Below, one piece after another: positions 62,307 through 64,000 of a stretch of DNA of 64,000 bases. Each line of letters starts with the position of its first letter. Within the stretch, counting starts at the first letter, position 1. The DNA is from an uncultured Candidatus Binatia bacterium (GTDB taxonomy: Bacteria > Desulfobacterota > Binatia > UBA9968 > JAJDTQ01). The stretch spans positions 3,907,525 to 3,971,524 of the forward strand of contig OZ243916.1 in the NCBI GenBank assembly GCA_965213675.1, read 5' to 3'. The notes under the pieces are model-generated. The model ran no database searches. It saw only the letters and a program-made list of their open reading frames with translations, and was not told where the DNA came from. The position numbers were made by a program, and so were the translations under genes.

Positions 62307-62334
62307 CGCCTCACTTCAAATCCGCCCGAACCTC

Positions 62335-62460
62335 GGAGCTTGCGCCGTAGGAACTCACGGCAGCAAATCCGCTCGCATCCGTCCCTTCGGCCGCCCGATT
62401 TCGTCAAATGTGATCGTCAAATGTGACTTGATATTCTCTTCAATCGACCGGCGGAAGGGA
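62335..62460. repeat. structured intergenic repeat, family B copy 2
   Basis: Matches 15331-15447, with a 13-bp internal duplication tcgtcaaatgtga. Confidence 0.8.
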
Positions 62461-62467
62461 CACGTGG

Positions 62468-63292
62468 TCAAGGATTGCGGCCCGGCCGCGGCAAGGTCTC
62501 GATGGTGGTGAGGCGCGCCAGGGCGTAGTTGTGGTGGGGCTGGAGTTCGAGTGCGCGCACGTAGTCCCGGTCGGCGCGCGCGTGAAAACCCAAGGTGCGG
62601 GCATTGCGAGCGCGCAGCACGTATACCTCGGCGAGCCACCTGTCATCCACGGCCAGCCCCGATTCCGCAACCTCAAGAAAATTCAGGGACTGGCGGTGGT
62701 TGCCCAGGAAGTAGTGCGCCCGGGCCACGAAGTAATGGCTGTAGGGATTGCTCGAATCCACGCGGATGGCCTGCTCGAAACGCGCCAGCGCGGCTTCGTT
62801 CCGCTCGGCTCGAAGAAGCGCCTGCCCCTGCTGTATCAGTTTCATGGACGCCTCGCGCTGGGGCAGGCCCGCACCCGCCGCCGCGACCAGCTCCGGCAGC
62901 GGGTAGGAATCCCCGTTGCCGAGGTCTGATTGGACAGCCGATCCGGTGGATGGCGCGGCCGGCGTTTGTCGCGGCGCGAGAGCCGTCGTTCCGGGACGCG
63001 GCGCCTCTGCCTCTTCCGGTCCCGGGCTCGAGACGCTTGGTTGCAAGTCGGGTCGAGCCAGCGGCTCCACCACGGCTGGTGTTTCGGGCACGCCCGGGCC
63101 ACCACGCGGTTCCGCTTCCGGCAGCGAGCCGGTCAGATCCTCCTCTATGATCGTTCCTTGCCGCAACGGCGATGACGCCGGGTCGTTCGGGACCGTGGGC
63201 CGGGTCTGGGCCATGGCCGCCCCGCACACGACCCATGCCGTCAGGCAGAGCACTCCCGAAGCCGCCCAGGTTCGCGCAAATCGCTTCGTCAT
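62468..63292 (-). CDS. secreted TPR protein with Pro-rich N-terminus
   Basis: Signal peptide AMA-Q; ALARFEQAIRVDSSNPYSHYFVARA; YVRALELQP. Confidence 0.8.
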   Translation of the reverse strand: MTKRFARTWAASGVLCLTAWVVCGAAMAQTRPTVPNDPASSPLRQGTIIEEDLTGSLPEAEPRGGPGVPETPAVVEPLARPDLQPSVSSPGPEEAEAPRPGTTALAPRQTPAAPSTGSAVQSDLGNGDSYPLPELVAAAGAGLPQREASMKLIQQGQALLRAERNEAALARFEQAIRVDSSNPYSHYFVARAHYFLGNHRQSLNFLEVAESGLAVDDRWLAEVYVLRARNARTLGFHARADRDYVRALELQPHHNYALARLTTIETLPRPGRNP

Positions 63293-63328
63293 TCTCTCGA
63301 TTCACTCCCCGCGCCGGCCGGCAGCGTC

Positions 63329-63475
63329 TCACAAAAGGATCACCGCCACCACGGTGCCCAACGCGAACGGCACCAGCGCCGCCGGAGGCAGGTTCCCGCT
63401 CACCGTGTCGAGAACCACCAACATCGCCAGTCCGATGAACACAAGACCCGGATAGGTCACCAGAAGCTCAATCAT
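63329..63475 (-). CDS. 48-aa two-TM membrane peptide
   Basis: MIELLVTYPGLVFIGLAMLVVLDTVSGNLPPAALVPFALGTVVAVILL; GC-rich third positions. Confidence 0.5.
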   Translation of the reverse strand: MIELLVTYPGLVFIGLAMLVVLDTVSGNLPPAALVPFALGTVVAVILL

Positions 63476-63659
63476 GAGTTCATGCCGGTGCACATCGGCG
63501 CGGCCGTGGGAAAGCCCGGAGCCGTGGCACCAACGCAGCATTCATTGTGGGTTGCGGGTGCGGGGGTGTCAAGGAGAAGGGGCGTACGCGCAGGCGCATT
63601 CAAGAGTCCGGTTTCCCCTATTCCCGGTTCGCGGGAATGACGGAATTGGAACATCGATC

Positions 63660-63900
63660 TATGGTCAACGATGGTGGCGGAGGTGGCCACACAAGTGGTG
63701 TGTCCTGGATCGACATTGCAGAACGCGGGCAGACGCCGGATCAGGCCGGCGGTTTCCGCCCCCATGGCGCCGGTGAAGGTGTGCGCCTCGTCAAACACGA
63801 GGAAGTCCAGCCGTGGGTCGGCGAAGGGGTACGCGGTGAGCTGATAGCGCAGAAAGCTGCGGACAACGTTCTCGGTGTACACGACGGAGTTCAGGTCCAT
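63660..63900 (-). pseudogene. internally deleted DEAD/DEAH helicase remnant
   Basis: N-terminus SFLRYQLTAYPFADPRL joined directly to motif II FDEAH and motif III TSAT; no Walker A. Confidence 0.75.
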
Positions 63901-63934
63901 GGCGCATCCTTCGTCAAGTCACCGACGGGGTCAA

Positions 63935-64000
63935 TCACCATAGACGAGAGACGCCGTATCTGTCGAACGCGGTGTCGATGGAGACAACGGTCAAGTCGTG
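63935..64000 (-). CDS. C-terminus of a PIN-domain (VapC-like) toxin; starts outside window
   Basis: HDLTVVSIDTAFDRYGVSRLW*. Confidence 0.7.
   Translation of the reverse strand, partial: HDLTVVSIDTAFDRYGVSRLW

Overview
GC-rich bacterial chromosomal window with no rRNA or CRISPR array. The gene repertoire suggests a host-associated deltaproteobacterial/Binatia-like organism (inference): many MFS transporters, solitary substrate-binding proteins, a Sel1-repeat protein and a long two-domain ThyX. Housekeeping blocks are tkt-tal-rpe, glnA-amtB, tRNA-Ala, recN/nadK, hemH and plsC-rnj-ftsK-lolA-dksA-proC. They alternate with decayed accessory patches holding an integrase pseudogene, HicAB and BrnTA modules with damaged toxins, and IS, helicase and molybdoenzyme remnants. 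Most notable: (1) a 53-aa gene at 49057-49218 with its own promoter and RBS, encoding a signal peptide plus three tandem 10-aa cassettes (SGSEVLWPQV/AGAEIPWPMM/AGAEIPWPMV), a candidate multicore secreted signalling-peptide or RiPP precursor; (2) a MITE-disrupted CxCxCxCxC-(TGA) peptide upstream of an S9 peptidase; (3) three repeat families with different ends that share a strand-specific GAGGA/GACGA hairpin core; (4) a 3.6-kb subtilase-carrying insert bounded by MITE-type ends that splits nadK-recN at the nadK stop codon; (5) a binding-protein/TorS-like kinase pair next to a partner-switching module. All product calls come from motif recognition by eye, not database searches.
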